53,664 bases of DNA, taken from Myxococcales bacterium (GTDB taxonomy: Bacteria; Myxococcota_A; UBA9042; JABWCM01; BTVJ01). The notes under the pieces are model-generated. The model saw nothing but the letters and a program-made list of their open reading frames with translations, was not told where the DNA came from and did not search any database. This document shows positions 24,775 to 34,660 of the stretch, one piece after another. Position 1 is the first letter of the stretch; every line of letters begins with the position of its first letter. Position numbers and translations under genes: made by a program. The stretch covers positions 1 through 53,664 of the forward strand of contig BTVJ01000049.1 in the NCBI GenBank assembly GCA_045863395.1. The letters run 5' to 3'.

Positions 24775-27240
24775 TCAGGGAGTGCACCCGGGGATGTGGA
24801 CGACGACGCAGCTCCCCGTGATGGGGAGACAACCGGCGACCGTGCACGGATCGTCGTCGTCACACTCGACCACCTCGTAGACGCAGGCGCCCCCGACGCA
24901 GGCGTTCAGGGTGCAGGCCGTGTCGTCCAGACAGTCGGAGTCTGCGGTGCAGCCGGTGCAGCCAGGGGCCTGGGAGTAGGTGCAGGCGCCGTCCACACAG
25001 GCGTCCACCGTGCAGGGGTCGCCATCGCCGCAGAGGGCCGGCACGCTGACGCAGCCGCCCTGGGCCTGGTCGCAGGCGTCCGCCGTGCAGGGCTCACCGT
25101 CGTCGCAGGCGACGTGGGTGTGGACGCAGCCGCCTGACACCTCGCTGCACGTGTCTACGGTGCACAGGTCGCCGTCGTCGCAGGGCAGCGGCTCGTGGGC
25201 GCAGGTGAGCGGCGTGGCGCAGAAGTCCACCGTACAAGCCTGCCCGTCGTCGCAGAGCGCGTCGAAGGTGCAGCCCGGGCAGTCGTTCAGGAGCGTGTGG
25301 GTGCACTCGCCCTCCTCGCAGCCGTCCAGGGTGCACGGGTCGTCGTCGGCACAGGGCATCGGGAGAGGGACGCACATCAGGCCGTTGGTCGCCGCGGGGT
25401 TGCAGAGGTCGACCGTACACGGGTCCGAGTCGTCGCAGGCCACGTCGCCGTGGGTGCAAGCGCTCGTCTCCGGGTCGCAGACGTCCGACGTGCAGGCATC
25501 CCCGTCGTCGCACAGGGGCGAGTGCACGCAGCCGGCCAGCGGATCGCAGGCGCCCTTGGTGCAGGGGTCGCCGTCGTCACAGGGGAGCGGAGCGTGCAGG
25601 CAGCCGGTGGCAGGCTCGCACCCGTCGGCGGTGCACGAGTCCCCGTCGTTACAGGAGGCGCTCAGGTGGACGCACCCCACGTCGACGTCGCAGAGGTCCG
25701 TGGTACACGCGTCCCCGTCGTCGCAGGAGGCGACCGCGAAGGCGCAGGCGCCCCCCTCGCAGAGGTCGTCGGTGCACTCGTTGCCATCGTCACAAGCGGA
25801 GCCGAGCACGAGGCAGCCGCTGGCGGGATCGCACCCGTCCAGGGTGCACGGGTCGCCGTCGGTGCAGGTCCGCGCCGCGTGGGTGCAGGTCCCCGCGCCA
25901 CAGCCGTCGTCGGAGCAGGCGTCGCCGTCGTCGCAGGGCAGGGGCGCGTGGGCGCAGCCCGTCGCCGGGAGGCAGGAGTCCACCGTGCAGGCGTCGCCAT
26001 CGTCACAGGTGGCCGGGGTGTGGACGCAGCCCCCCCCGGTGCCGCACGAGTCCACCGTGCAGGGGTCGCCGTCGTCGCATCGCGCCGGGGTGTGAGCGCA
26101 GGCGCCGCCCTCGCACACGTCGGACGTGCATGGGTCGCCATCGTCGCAGTCGAGGAACGTCTGGCACGTGGTGCAGCCGGGAATGGGGGCGGTCGTGCAG
26201 GCGCCCCCGGAGCAGCCGTCGGCGGTGCATGGGTCGCCGTCGTCGCACGGGAGGGGCGTCGACACACACCCAGGCGCCGCCCCCGACGGAGTGCAGGCAT
26301 CGGAGGTGCAGGGGTCGCCATCGTCGCAGGGCAGCTCCGCGAACACGCAGTCGCCGCTCGTCGGGTCGCACCCGTCGGAGGTGCACGGATCCTCGTCGTC
26401 GCAGGGCTGGGCGATGTTCGTACACGCCCCCGCTGCGCAGCCATCTGCGGTGCAGGCATCGCCGTCGTCGCACGGAAGCAGAGTGTGGGCGCAAGTACCC
26501 GCCTCGCACCCGTCCGCCGTGCATGGGTCGCCGTCGTCGCATGGAAGCGGCGTGCTCGTGCAGGCACCGGCCGCGCAGCCATCCGCCGTGCATGGGTCGC
26601 CGTCGTCGCACAGGAGCGGCGTGCTCGTGCAGGCGCCTGCCTCGCACCCATCCGCCGTGCACGGGTCGCCGTCATCGCACAGGAGCGGCGTGCTCGTGCA
26701 GGCGCCTGCCTCGCACCCGTCCGCCGTGCACGGGTCGCCGTCATCGCACGCCCCGACGATGCAGCCCGCGCCGGTGTCGGCGTCCGCTCCGTCCGGGCCG
26801 CCCGCTCCGTCGCCCCCGACGTCATCAGCTCCGTCTGCGGCGTCCGGCCCCCCCCCCGCGTCCAGGAGCCCATCAGCGACATCCGTCGGTGGCGCGTCCC
26901 CCGGGACGTCCGCAGGCCCCCCATCTCCCCCCGTGTCCGCAGGCCCCCCATCTCCCCCCGAGTCCGCAGGCCCCCCATCTCCTCCCGTGTCCGCCGCGCC
27001 CCCATCGGCCCAGGTGTCCACTGCCTGGGCATCGGTCGCGGCGTCGCCGTCCCCGCCTTGCCCGCTGGCGTCGTGACCGTCGACGTCCACCCGTGCGTCA
27101 ATGGAGCCGTCTGCCCCGAGGGTGGCGTCGGAGGCGTCTGAAGCGGACGGAGGTGCCGCGGGCTGGGACTGGACGCACCCCGCCAATGCCGCAAGGGCCA
27201 GCAGGAGGACCACCCAGACGTCTCGCGTGCTCGTCGTCAC
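24775..27240 (-). CDS. Cys-rich repeat lipoprotein (~26 CDDGDPCT repeats), paralogue of 19513..21567
   Basis: Lipobox LAGC, D/G/A linker, about 26 repeats. GTG start at 27240 is tentative. Confidence 0.85.
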   Translation of the reverse strand: MTTSTRDVWVVLLLALAALAGCVQSQPAAPPSASDASDATLGADGSIDARVDVDGHDASGQGGDGDAATDAQAVDTWADGGAADTGGDGGPADSGGDGGPADTGGDGGPADVPGDAPPTDVADGLLDAGGGPDAADGADDVGGDGAGGPDGADADTGAGCIVGACDDGDPCTADGCEAGACTSTPLLCDDGDPCTADGCEAGACTSTPLLCDDGDPCTADGCAAGACTSTPLPCDDGDPCTADGCEAGTCAHTLLPCDDGDACTADGCAAGACTNIAQPCDDEDPCTSDGCDPTSGDCVFAELPCDDGDPCTSDACTPSGAAPGCVSTPLPCDDGDPCTADGCSGGACTTAPIPGCTTCQTFLDCDDGDPCTSDVCEGGACAHTPARCDDGDPCTVDSCGTGGGCVHTPATCDDGDACTVDSCLPATGCAHAPLPCDDGDACSDDGCGAGTCTHAARTCTDGDPCTLDGCDPASGCLVLGSACDDGNECTDDLCEGGACAFAVASCDDGDACTTDLCDVDVGCVHLSASCNDGDSCTADGCEPATGCLHAPLPCDDGDPCTKGACDPLAGCVHSPLCDDGDACTSDVCDPETSACTHGDVACDDSDPCTVDLCNPAATNGLMCVPLPMPCADDDPCTLDGCEEGECTHTLLNDCPGCTFDALCDDGQACTVDFCATPLTCAHEPLPCDDGDLCTVDTCSEVSGGCVHTHVACDDGEPCTADACDQAQGGCVSVPALCGDGDPCTVDACVDGACTYSQAPGCTGCTADSDCLDDTACTLNACVGGACVYEVVECDDDDPCTVAGCLPITGSCVVVHIPGCTP
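26473..26748 (-). repeat. Four near-identical 69-bp coding repeats
   Basis: CDDGDPCTADGCxAGxC x4, with very high nucleotide identity. Confidence 0.85.
26908..26994 (-). repeat. 27-bp coding tandem repeat x3 (DT/SGGDGGPA)
   Basis: gtccgcaggccccccatctccccccg-type unit repeated three times. Confidence 0.85.
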
Positions 27241-27347
27241 GGGCCGAGGATACGCCGTCGGCCGTCGACGAAGCAATCGCCAGCCCACTCGGGATCGGCT
27301 ATCATCCCGCAAACGAGCGAGGCTCTCGCCGCGACGGAGGCATGACC

Positions 27348-30011
27348 ATGAGCCCTCTCCCCAGACCCATGCGCGCGGTCACCGCGATGATCGTGGCAGC
27401 CATCCTCTCCGTGCCCATGCTCGCCCGCGCCGTCCCCGACGCGATGCGCGTGCAGGGCACCCTTCTCGCTTCCAGCGGCGCCCCGGCCAATGGCACCTAC
27501 GATCTGACGTTCTCGCTGTGGGACGCGGCGAGCGGCGGCGCCCAGCAGTGGTCCACGACCAAGGCCGGCGTCGTCGTGCAGGGGGGGGTGTTCGAGGTGG
27601 AGCTCACCGGCGTGCCCGCGACGCCGTTCCGCACGCTGTCGGCGCTGTGGCTCGAGACCCGCGTGGGGACGGAGACCCCGCTCCCGCGCCAGCGCCTCGA
27701 CTCCAGCGCCTTCGCGTTCCGGGCCGGGCTCGCCGACGAGGCCTCGGCGCTGCTCTGCACCGGGTGCGTCTCGGCAGCCCACCTCGGCACCGGCGCGGTG
27801 ACGAGCATCAAGCTTGCCGACGGCGCCATCACCACCGACAAGCTCGCCGACTCCTCCGTGACCGCCGACAAGGCGGCCTTCAACTTCGCCGCGAGCGCCA
27901 CGAAGGGCGGCGCCGCCGCCAACCTGTCCTGCACCGGGTGCGTGGACGCCGCGGAGCTCGCCCAGAAGTACGCGGGAAGCGCCACGGCGGGTGGGCCGGC
28001 CAGCGACGTGGCCTGCACCGACTGCATCAGCGCCGCGGAGGTCGCGTTCCCCTGGGCAGCCTCCACCTCGGAAGGGGGACCCGCGGCGGGCCTCGAGTGC
28101 ACGGGCTGCGTGGGGCTCGGTGACCTGGATCTGACGGCGCTGGACGCCCGCTACCTGCGCCTGACGGGCGGCACGCTCACCGGCAACCTGACCACGAGCG
28201 GCACCGTGACGGCCACCGCCTTCGCCGGCGACGGCTCGCAGCTCACGGGGCTCCCCTCCGGGGTGGCGCCGGGCACCTGCTCGGCGGGCATGGTCGTCAC
28301 GGGCGTCTCCTCCGGCGGCGCGCTGATCTGCTCCAAGCTGTGCGCCGTCAGCAACTTCGTCGGCTCCGTGTCGGACGGCAGCACCTCGGCGGGCGTCGAC
28401 CTGACCTACCAGTACTCCCCGCTCGGAACCGGACAGGGCTACATCAAGGCGAGCTGGCCCGCGCAGACGGAGGTCATAGGCTACCAGGTCGCGGTGGGCA
28501 CCTCGCCCGGCGCCACCAACGTCAAGGACTTCATCGACGTGCCGACGACCAGCGCCACCATCACCGGGCTGACCCTCCAGGGCGCTTGGACGGGCACCAC
28601 GTACTACGTCACGGCTCGCGGCGTCTGTGAAGGCGGACTGCCCACGGGGTCCAAGACCTCCAACGGCGTCCGCATCGCCGAGGGCGCCACCTGGACCGGC
28701 GATGCCTCCGCGCTGCGCACGCCCGACTCGCTGGGCGGCCACTCGGTGAACTGGCCGCAGAGCGGCATCACGTCCGTCTATGGCGAGCATTGGTTCGAGA
28801 CGGTGAACATCCCGTCGGGGGCAACAGTGCATGTGCAGGGCTGGGGCAAGGTGCAGGGGGTGACCGAGAGCATCTCGTCGTCTGCGGCGGCCGTGCAGAC
28901 CCCCAAGGACGGCTGGCTCATCGTCTATGCGAACACCATCACGGTCGACGGCACCATCACTGCGTCGGGGCGCGGCTACGGCGGCGGCGGCGGCGGCGGC
29001 GGCGGGTCGGGCTCCGTCTCCAACCGGGGGCGGGGCGGCTCGAATGGCCTGGGCGGCGCGGGCGGCGACGGAGAGTCGGGCTCTGGAGGCGGCGGTGGCG
29101 GCTCGCCGGGTGGCGCCGGCGGCTGGGGCGCCAACGGCAACGGCGGCGCTGGAAACATGTTCGGGGGAGGCAGCGGCTCGACGGTCTGCACGGGTACGGC
29201 GGGGCGCCCCGGAGGCGACGGTCCCGTGGGAGACATCGGTGGACCAGGCGGCAACGTGCCGGGCAACTCACAGTCGGGAGGCGCCGGAGGCCAAGGCGAG
29301 TATGTCGCGGGAGGCGGCAACGGCGTCGCCGGTTGCGACAGCCGCTCCGGGGGCGGCGGCGGTGGCTACGGCGGCGGAGGCTCAGGCGGAACTCAGTGGC
29401 AGGGCCCCGGGGTGGATGCCGCCGGAGGAGGCGGAGGCGGCTCCGGGGGCGAGGGAGGCGGCCACACACCCCACGGCGGCGTGGGCGCGGGCCCCTTCGG
29501 CGGCGGGGCGGGCAGCGCCCCCGGCGGCCACGGCGCGGCGGGCGGCTACCGAGCCGGCGGCGGCAATGGGGACTCCACCACGGGTCGGGAGCAGTTCCTC
29601 GGCTCAGGCGGCGGCGGGGCCGGCGCCGCGACCCAGGAGGCCGGGGGCGGCGGTGGCGCAGCGGGCGGGGGCTACGTCACCCTGTTCGCCACGGACACTC
29701 TGACCATCGGCACCAACGGCAAGGTGCTCGCCAACGGCGCGGGCGGCGCGGGCGGCAGCCGCGACTTCGGCGGCAACTCCACCGCGGGCAACGGTGGGTC
29801 GGGGGCGGGCGGCAGCGTCCTGCTGGAGGCGCGCACCATCGAGCTCATCGGCAGCGTCGCCCAGCGCGTCAGCGCCCGGGGTGGCGGCGGCAGCACGACG
29901 AACGGGGGCACCATCAAGCTGTTCTACAACGTGTGGACGGGGGCCAAGCCCACGGGCTCCAACGCGGGCCGCATCTTCGACGCCGGCGCCGGCTCCTACG
30001 CGGACCGCTGA
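27348..30011 (+). CDS. Secreted fibre-like protein with Fn3-like domain and Gly-rich C-terminal domain; paralogue of 21663..23000
   Basis: GGAGG RBS, signal peptide, VPDAMRVQGTLL..GVFEVELTG..LPRQRL, four CxxC(V/I) repeats, LDARYLRLTGGTLTGNL, ATAFAGDGSQLTGL, YQVAVGTSPG..YYVTARG, and GSGGGG..GGAAGGG..GGSGAGGSV. Confidence 0.85.
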   Translation: MSPLPRPMRAVTAMIVAAILSVPMLARAVPDAMRVQGTLLASSGAPANGTYDLTFSLWDAASGGAQQWSTTKAGVVVQGGVFEVELTGVPATPFRTLSALWLETRVGTETPLPRQRLDSSAFAFRAGLADEASALLCTGCVSAAHLGTGAVTSIKLADGAITTDKLADSSVTADKAAFNFAASATKGGAAANLSCTGCVDAAELAQKYAGSATAGGPASDVACTDCISAAEVAFPWAASTSEGGPAAGLECTGCVGLGDLDLTALDARYLRLTGGTLTGNLTTSGTVTATAFAGDGSQLTGLPSGVAPGTCSAGMVVTGVSSGGALICSKLCAVSNFVGSVSDGSTSAGVDLTYQYSPLGTGQGYIKASWPAQTEVIGYQVAVGTSPGATNVKDFIDVPTTSATITGLTLQGAWTGTTYYVTARGVCEGGLPTGSKTSNGVRIAEGATWTGDASALRTPDSLGGHSVNWPQSGITSVYGEHWFETVNIPSGATVHVQGWGKVQGVTESISSSAAAVQTPKDGWLIVYANTITVDGTITASGRGYGGGGGGGGGSGSVSNRGRGGSNGLGGAGGDGESGSGGGGGGSPGGAGGWGANGNGGAGNMFGGGSGSTVCTGTAGRPGGDGPVGDIGGPGGNVPGNSQSGGAGGQGEYVAGGGNGVAGCDSRSGGGGGGYGGGGSGGTQWQGPGVDAAGGGGGGSGGEGGGHTPHGGVGAGPFGGGAGSAPGGHGAAGGYRAGGGNGDSTTGREQFLGSGGGGAGAATQEAGGGGGAAGGGYVTLFATDTLTIGTNGKVLANGAGGAGGSRDFGGNSTAGNGGSGAGGSVLLEARTIELIGSVAQRVSARGGGGSTTNGGTIKLFYNVWTGAKPTGSNAGRIFDAGAGSYADR

Positions 30012-30087
30012 CCCCGACGACCACCGTCACTGCCGCGGGCGTGCTCCGGCTCTCTGCGGCCACCCGGGACAGGGAGACCGATCACGG

Positions 30088-30816
30088 TCAATCTCGCCTT
30101 CGTGGGCCGGACGCAAGGGCGTCGGACACCCAAGCGTGCAGCAGCGAGTGGTCGTCGACGTGCTCCGCCCCATTGTGGAGCAGGGTCATGGTGCGGCCGT
30201 CGATGACCAGCGCGCGGCTCGGACTCTCTCCGATGACGTGATCATAGTAGACGTCCGTGGTCTTGAGCGGGTCGATGAGCACCTGGTGGTGGAGGTCGTA
30301 CTTCTCCACGAAGCCGGCGCAGGTCTTGGTGGTCGGCGGGTTGCCCGTGGCGGACTCGAGCAGGATCTGGACGACCGCGACGTCGTCGCCGTAGGCAGAC
30401 GCGACGACGCTCAGCTCCGGGGTGACGGCGATGCAGGTGGGGCACCAGGCGTAGGTGAGGGCCACGAGGATGACAGGGGTCCCGCACAGCGCGTGGAGGC
30501 TCCGGGTGGCTCCCTGGCAGTCCTGGAGGCTCAGGTCGGCGACCACCATCCCCGCCTTGGTGCCCTGCTCGCCGGGGCCGGGGCAGGGGGGAGGAGCAGC
30601 ATCGAGGGAGGGCGCGACCCCATCAGGAGCACCCGTATCGGGAGCCATCGAATCAGGCACGGAGGCGTCCGCGGCGACCGGCGCGCCACTCCAGGCGACG
30701 TCGCTCACAGCCGGCGAGGCCCCCTCGGGGCCGGGGCCGCACCCGGCGACTGCCAGGGCGCACGCGACGCTCCACCGACCGCGGGTGCGTCGCGCGTTGG
30801 GTGGGTCCTCCCTCAT
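30088..30816 (-). CDS. Thioredoxin-fold (TlpA/redoxin-like) lipoprotein
   Basis: Lipobox VAGC; WCPTC active-site motif preceded by a hydrophobic strand (VILVALTYA); GGAGG RBS. Confidence 0.8.
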   Translation of the reverse strand: MREDPPNARRTRGRWSVACALAVAGCGPGPEGASPAVSDVAWSGAPVAADASVPDSMAPDTGAPDGVAPSLDAAPPPCPGPGEQGTKAGMVVADLSLQDCQGATRSLHALCGTPVILVALTYAWCPTCIAVTPELSVVASAYGDDVAVVQILLESATGNPPTTKTCAGFVEKYDLHHQVLIDPLKTTDVYYDHVIGESPSRALVIDGRTMTLLHNGAEHVDDHSLLHAWVSDALASGPRRRD

Positions 30817-30924
30817 GGCACCTCCCGCAACCAGGCATCGCTCTGGCGGTCCCGCTCGTCCCTCTCCGCTCGGGGCTGCTGCCCGCTGCTGGCATCCGAC
30901 CCCGCGACGTGTCAGCATAGGTCC

Positions 30925-32325
30925 ATGTGGAGCGACCCTTCAACCTGCCCCCGACGCGCGGTCCGCATCCTCTGCCTGACGTGGTGCGTCAGCGCATGCA
31001 CCACCCCTGACGGAGGGGAGGCGTCCACCGCGGACGCAGCGGTGATGATCGACGCGGGCTCCGAGACGACCGGGGCTGTGGCGGACGCGGCATCGGACGG
31101 CGCAGACACGCCCGCCGACGTGGCCTCCCCCGCGGACGCCCCCCCCGCTGCCGACGGGGCGGCCAACACCAGCGACACCAGCGACACCAGCGACGCCGTC
31201 GCGCCGGACGTGCCGGACGTGCCGGACGCGGCGACCTGTGAGGCATGCGGCGCGCCCTGCGAGGCGGGCCCGGCTGCCCTCGTGGCGACCGCGGCATCGC
31301 CCACGGCGGTGCTGGCGCTCGTGGGGCGCCCCGACGGAGCGCTGGTGGCGTGGCTGGACGGCGAGGCCGTGGTGGTCCACGCGCTGGACCCGAGCGGCGC
31401 GCCCTACGGCGACGCCGTGGTGGTGGACGAGGCCGGCCCAACGGTCTCCACCATCGAGGCCACGCAAGCCGCCGAGGGCTTTGCGCTGTTCTGGTCCCGC
31501 GGCCTGCTGGACACGGCGGCCTCCCCCGCCGACGTCACACTGCTCCAGGCGCGCGTCGGCCTCGACGGCGCCCTGCTCATGGCACCCGCACCGGTGATGT
31601 CCGGGCTGGAGCTCGGGCGAGGCTCCGGCGCAGGAGACGCCGGGTTTCGCCTGTGGGGACTCCGTGACGAGCTGGACCCGGACGAGGGACAGGTCTACCG
31701 GCAGGCGTCCATGGCGCGGCTGTCCGTGGAAGGCGCCGTGGACGGGGTGCACTACATGCTGAGCCAGCACAAGTTCACGTATCTGCGGGTCCACCACAGC
31801 GGCAACCAGCTCAACACCCCCTTCGTTGGACCAACGGCGGACCAGCCCGTCGCCTACTTCCTGGCAAGCATCTACCTGCCGGGCTGTGGGCTCCCCACCG
31901 AGCCCGTCCTGGCGCTGGGTCCGTCAGCGACGCTTGCCGCCACGGGGTTCATCTCGCCGCAGGACGCACTCTGGGCGGTGCGCGACGGCTCCTCTTCAAC
32001 GGGGCGCCTGGTGTTCCATGACGTGGCGACGCGCGAGTCCGTGGAGCGCCCGCTGCCCTTCCAGCCGTCGGAGCGCGCCGAGCTGGCAACCGACGCGGCG
32101 CGCGGCCAGGCGCTCCTGGTTGATGCGGTGGCGGGCGAGCTCGTCGGCGCCGGGGCCACCCCATCGAGCCACGAGGTGGGCCCTGCCCAGGTGGTCACGG
32201 CCGTCCCCCCTGGTGAGACCGTGCTCGCGCTTCGCGTGGCCCCAATCGACGGTGCCTGGCTGTCGGTGTGGGTCACGTCGCCCGGAGGGACCATCCACGC
32301 GCAGCGCATCTGCGACGCCCCCTGA
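30925..32325 (+). CDS. Hypothetical lipoprotein, probably beta-rich/propeller
   Basis: Lipobox-like VSAC, DA-rich linker, LVAW/FALFW/WLSVW strand motifs. Confidence 0.7.
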   Translation: MWSDPSTCPRRAVRILCLTWCVSACTTPDGGEASTADAAVMIDAGSETTGAVADAASDGADTPADVASPADAPPAADGAANTSDTSDTSDAVAPDVPDVPDAATCEACGAPCEAGPAALVATAASPTAVLALVGRPDGALVAWLDGEAVVVHALDPSGAPYGDAVVVDEAGPTVSTIEATQAAEGFALFWSRGLLDTAASPADVTLLQARVGLDGALLMAPAPVMSGLELGRGSGAGDAGFRLWGLRDELDPDEGQVYRQASMARLSVEGAVDGVHYMLSQHKFTYLRVHHSGNQLNTPFVGPTADQPVAYFLASIYLPGCGLPTEPVLALGPSATLAATGFISPQDALWAVRDGSSSTGRLVFHDVATRESVERPLPFQPSERAELATDAARGQALLVDAVAGELVGAGATPSSHEVGPAQVVTAVPPGETVLALRVAPIDGAWLSVWVTSPGGTIHAQRICDAP

Positions 32326-32377
32326 GGCACCCGGCCGCCGCTTCCAGACCCCCCGGCCGGGCAATGCTCCCCCGGCG

Positions 32378-34327
32378 CTACTGCAGCCTCGTCATCTGCT
32401 GCAGGTCGGGGAGAGACACGTCGAGGGTCACCTGGAGCCCGCCACCGGAGACACTGCCGATGGAGAGCGCCGAGCCGCCGGTGGGGGCCATGGCGGCGAT
32501 CACGTCGCGCTTGCCCTGGAGCTCGGGGACCGACACGAAGGCCCTGGCCGCGTCAGTGAACGAGAGGTACGTGACGAAGGAGGCGGAGGGGACCGCGTTG
32601 GCCATGACCGCGCGGAGGGCGGGGGCGGCAGCCTTCTTGCCGTCGATGACCTCTCTGACGCGGGCGGCGGCCTCGGGCCCGAGGGCCACGGCATAGCGCT
32701 CCTTGCCGAACCCGAGAGCGAGCGACATCGTGTCACCGAACAGGCTCTTCATGAGCTCGGCCTGCTGCGGGTCCTCCAGCGCCGGAGGAAACTTCGCGAA
32801 GTCGATCCGGGCAGTCAACGAGTCCACCTGACCGCCCGGGCGCGCCTCGCTGCCCGCCGTCAGGGTGATGCCGAGCGGGGCGAGCTCCGCCCCGACGGTC
32901 TCGATGGCCTTGGACAGGGAGGACAGGTCGATCCCCGGGGGCGGCGCGCCCTTCTCGGCGGCCGCGCGCTCCACGCCCTTGGTCCACAGGAGGTCCCACG
33001 CACCCAGCATCGCCTCCCGCTGCTTCGCGCCGTCCTTGGTCCCTCCCACGTAGAGCACCGCGAGGGACATGGAGCCCTCCCTGGAGAGCGCCACGGCGGT
33101 CTCGCCCGTCTGGAGACCCGCGGAGGTCTTGACAAGCTCCAGCAGGCGGGCCTTGTCGGCGTCGCTGAGCTTCATGCCCTCTGCGAGGAGCGTGACGCCA
33201 ATCTCCGTCCAGCTCACGCCGGATGTCGGGTCGACGCTCGCGCCCACGGCGAACCACGACGACGCCGGGGCGTAGTCGAGCAGCGTGACGGGGCGCCCGC
33301 CACCTCCCGCGAGGGCGGCCTGGAGGCCCGACCCGGACTTGGCCCGCACCGTAAGGGGCAGGAGCACGCGAGCGCCGTCGATGCGGACGCCGAGGGTGGC
33401 CGTGTCCAGGTCGCCGATGGTGTCGAAGGACCACGCGATGGCCTTCTGGAGCCACTCCGCGGCCTCAGGAAAGGGGCTGTCGGTGGCGCGGCCGACGATC
33501 TTCTCGGTGATCCTTGCCCGCGCCTTCGCGACCTCGGGGGCAAACATGGTCGTGAGGTTCGCGACCGAGACGTGCAGCTCGAAGGCGTCGGTCGGGGCCC
33601 AGGACGCAAGCGGCCCCGCGACGAAGGGCTGGAGCCGCGCGAGCACCTTGGGGTCGCGGGCGAAGACGACCGCGTCGGCGGTGAAGGCGACCCAGGCGTC
33701 GTTCGCGCCCGCCTTGTACTTGAAGGCGGCGCCGTCCGCTCCCGCCTCACGCTCCGCGGGCAGCGCGCCCTCGACGGCCTCACGGGACTTCATGGGGAGC
33801 GCGATCACGGCGGGCTTTGGCGAGTCCTTCGGGTTGGCCACGGCGACGCGGATGGGCCTCGCGCCATCGATCCAGTCCGTGGCGCTGAAGCCCAGGGACT
33901 TGGCGAGGCCCGCGCTGAACACCATGCCGAGCCCGGGGACGGGCTTGACCTGGTTCACCACGGTGGTCGCCTGCGTGACGAAGTCGTCGAGCCCGCGGAC
34001 GCCGGCGTAGGCGACCACGTCGGCGGGGACGACGACTGGGGCCGTCCCGGTCTTGCGGGTGCTCCCGGCGGGAGCATCCTTGGGCGAGCCACCCTCGGTC
34101 GGCTCAGCGCCCGGTGTCGCCCCAGGCGCGCCCGTCTTGGCGGCACTCTCCCCCGTCGCGCCCTTCTTGGTGGCACCATCCGCCGACGCGCTCCCCTTCG
34201 CGGCCTCGCCTTCGGCCTTTGCCGGAGCGCCAGGGGCAGTGTCCTTCTTGCATCCACCGACAGCGAGCCCCAGCGCCAGCGCCGCGCACAGACCAGCGCG
34301 CTTCAAGATCCCGATGCGTGTCTTCAT
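32378..34327 (-). CDS. Hypothetical lipoprotein
   Basis: GGAG RBS, MKTRIG..LAVGGC lipobox, Ala/Lys/Gly linker, then ~550 aa of globular sequence. Confidence 0.8.
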   Translation of the reverse strand: MKTRIGILKRAGLCAALALGLAVGGCKKDTAPGAPAKAEGEAAKGSASADGATKKGATGESAAKTGAPGATPGAEPTEGGSPKDAPAGSTRKTGTAPVVVPADVVAYAGVRGLDDFVTQATTVVNQVKPVPGLGMVFSAGLAKSLGFSATDWIDGARPIRVAVANPKDSPKPAVIALPMKSREAVEGALPAEREAGADGAAFKYKAGANDAWVAFTADAVVFARDPKVLARLQPFVAGPLASWAPTDAFELHVSVANLTTMFAPEVAKARARITEKIVGRATDSPFPEAAEWLQKAIAWSFDTIGDLDTATLGVRIDGARVLLPLTVRAKSGSGLQAALAGGGGRPVTLLDYAPASSWFAVGASVDPTSGVSWTEIGVTLLAEGMKLSDADKARLLELVKTSAGLQTGETAVALSREGSMSLAVLYVGGTKDGAKQREAMLGAWDLLWTKGVERAAAEKGAPPPGIDLSSLSKAIETVGAELAPLGITLTAGSEARPGGQVDSLTARIDFAKFPPALEDPQQAELMKSLFGDTMSLALGFGKERYAVALGPEAAARVREVIDGKKAAAPALRAVMANAVPSASFVTYLSFTDAARAFVSVPELQGKRDVIAAMAPTGGSALSIGSVSGGGLQVTLDVSLPDLQQMTRLQ

Positions 34328-34660
34328 CTTCGTCTCCGGCCGTGCAACGACGGCTCCCAGGCGCGTTGGACCCTGCCAACCCGCGTCATCTCCCAGCTCC
34401 CCTCGGTGAGCGCCTTCTCCCACGGCGTCGGCCCCCAGTCAAGCAGGGACGCGGGCGCAGCGCCGCCCGCGGCCAGGCGCAGCACGGCCACTCGTGTCGC
34501 GCGCAGCGCGCGCCGGCCATCGGATAGGCAGCACCCGCCGCTCGCCTAGGCAATCTTCCCGAGCGCCTCTCGGGGATTGACCCGATTGGGCGCGGCCCCG
34601 AGGAGGACGATACTGTCCTCAGCAGCGGGGGATGACAGAGAGAGTCAACAGGAGGACACC

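Noticed and set aside
19720..26994. Tandem repeats as a possible CRISPR array
   Set aside because: Unit lengths are multiples of 3 inside coding frames, with no unique spacers and no cas genes.
26130..27347. Long N-terminal extensions in the ORF track (26130, 29794, 37585, 40563, 44141, 50614 starts)
   Set aside because: The extensions overlap other genes. RBS plus signal peptide or lipobox identify downstream starts.
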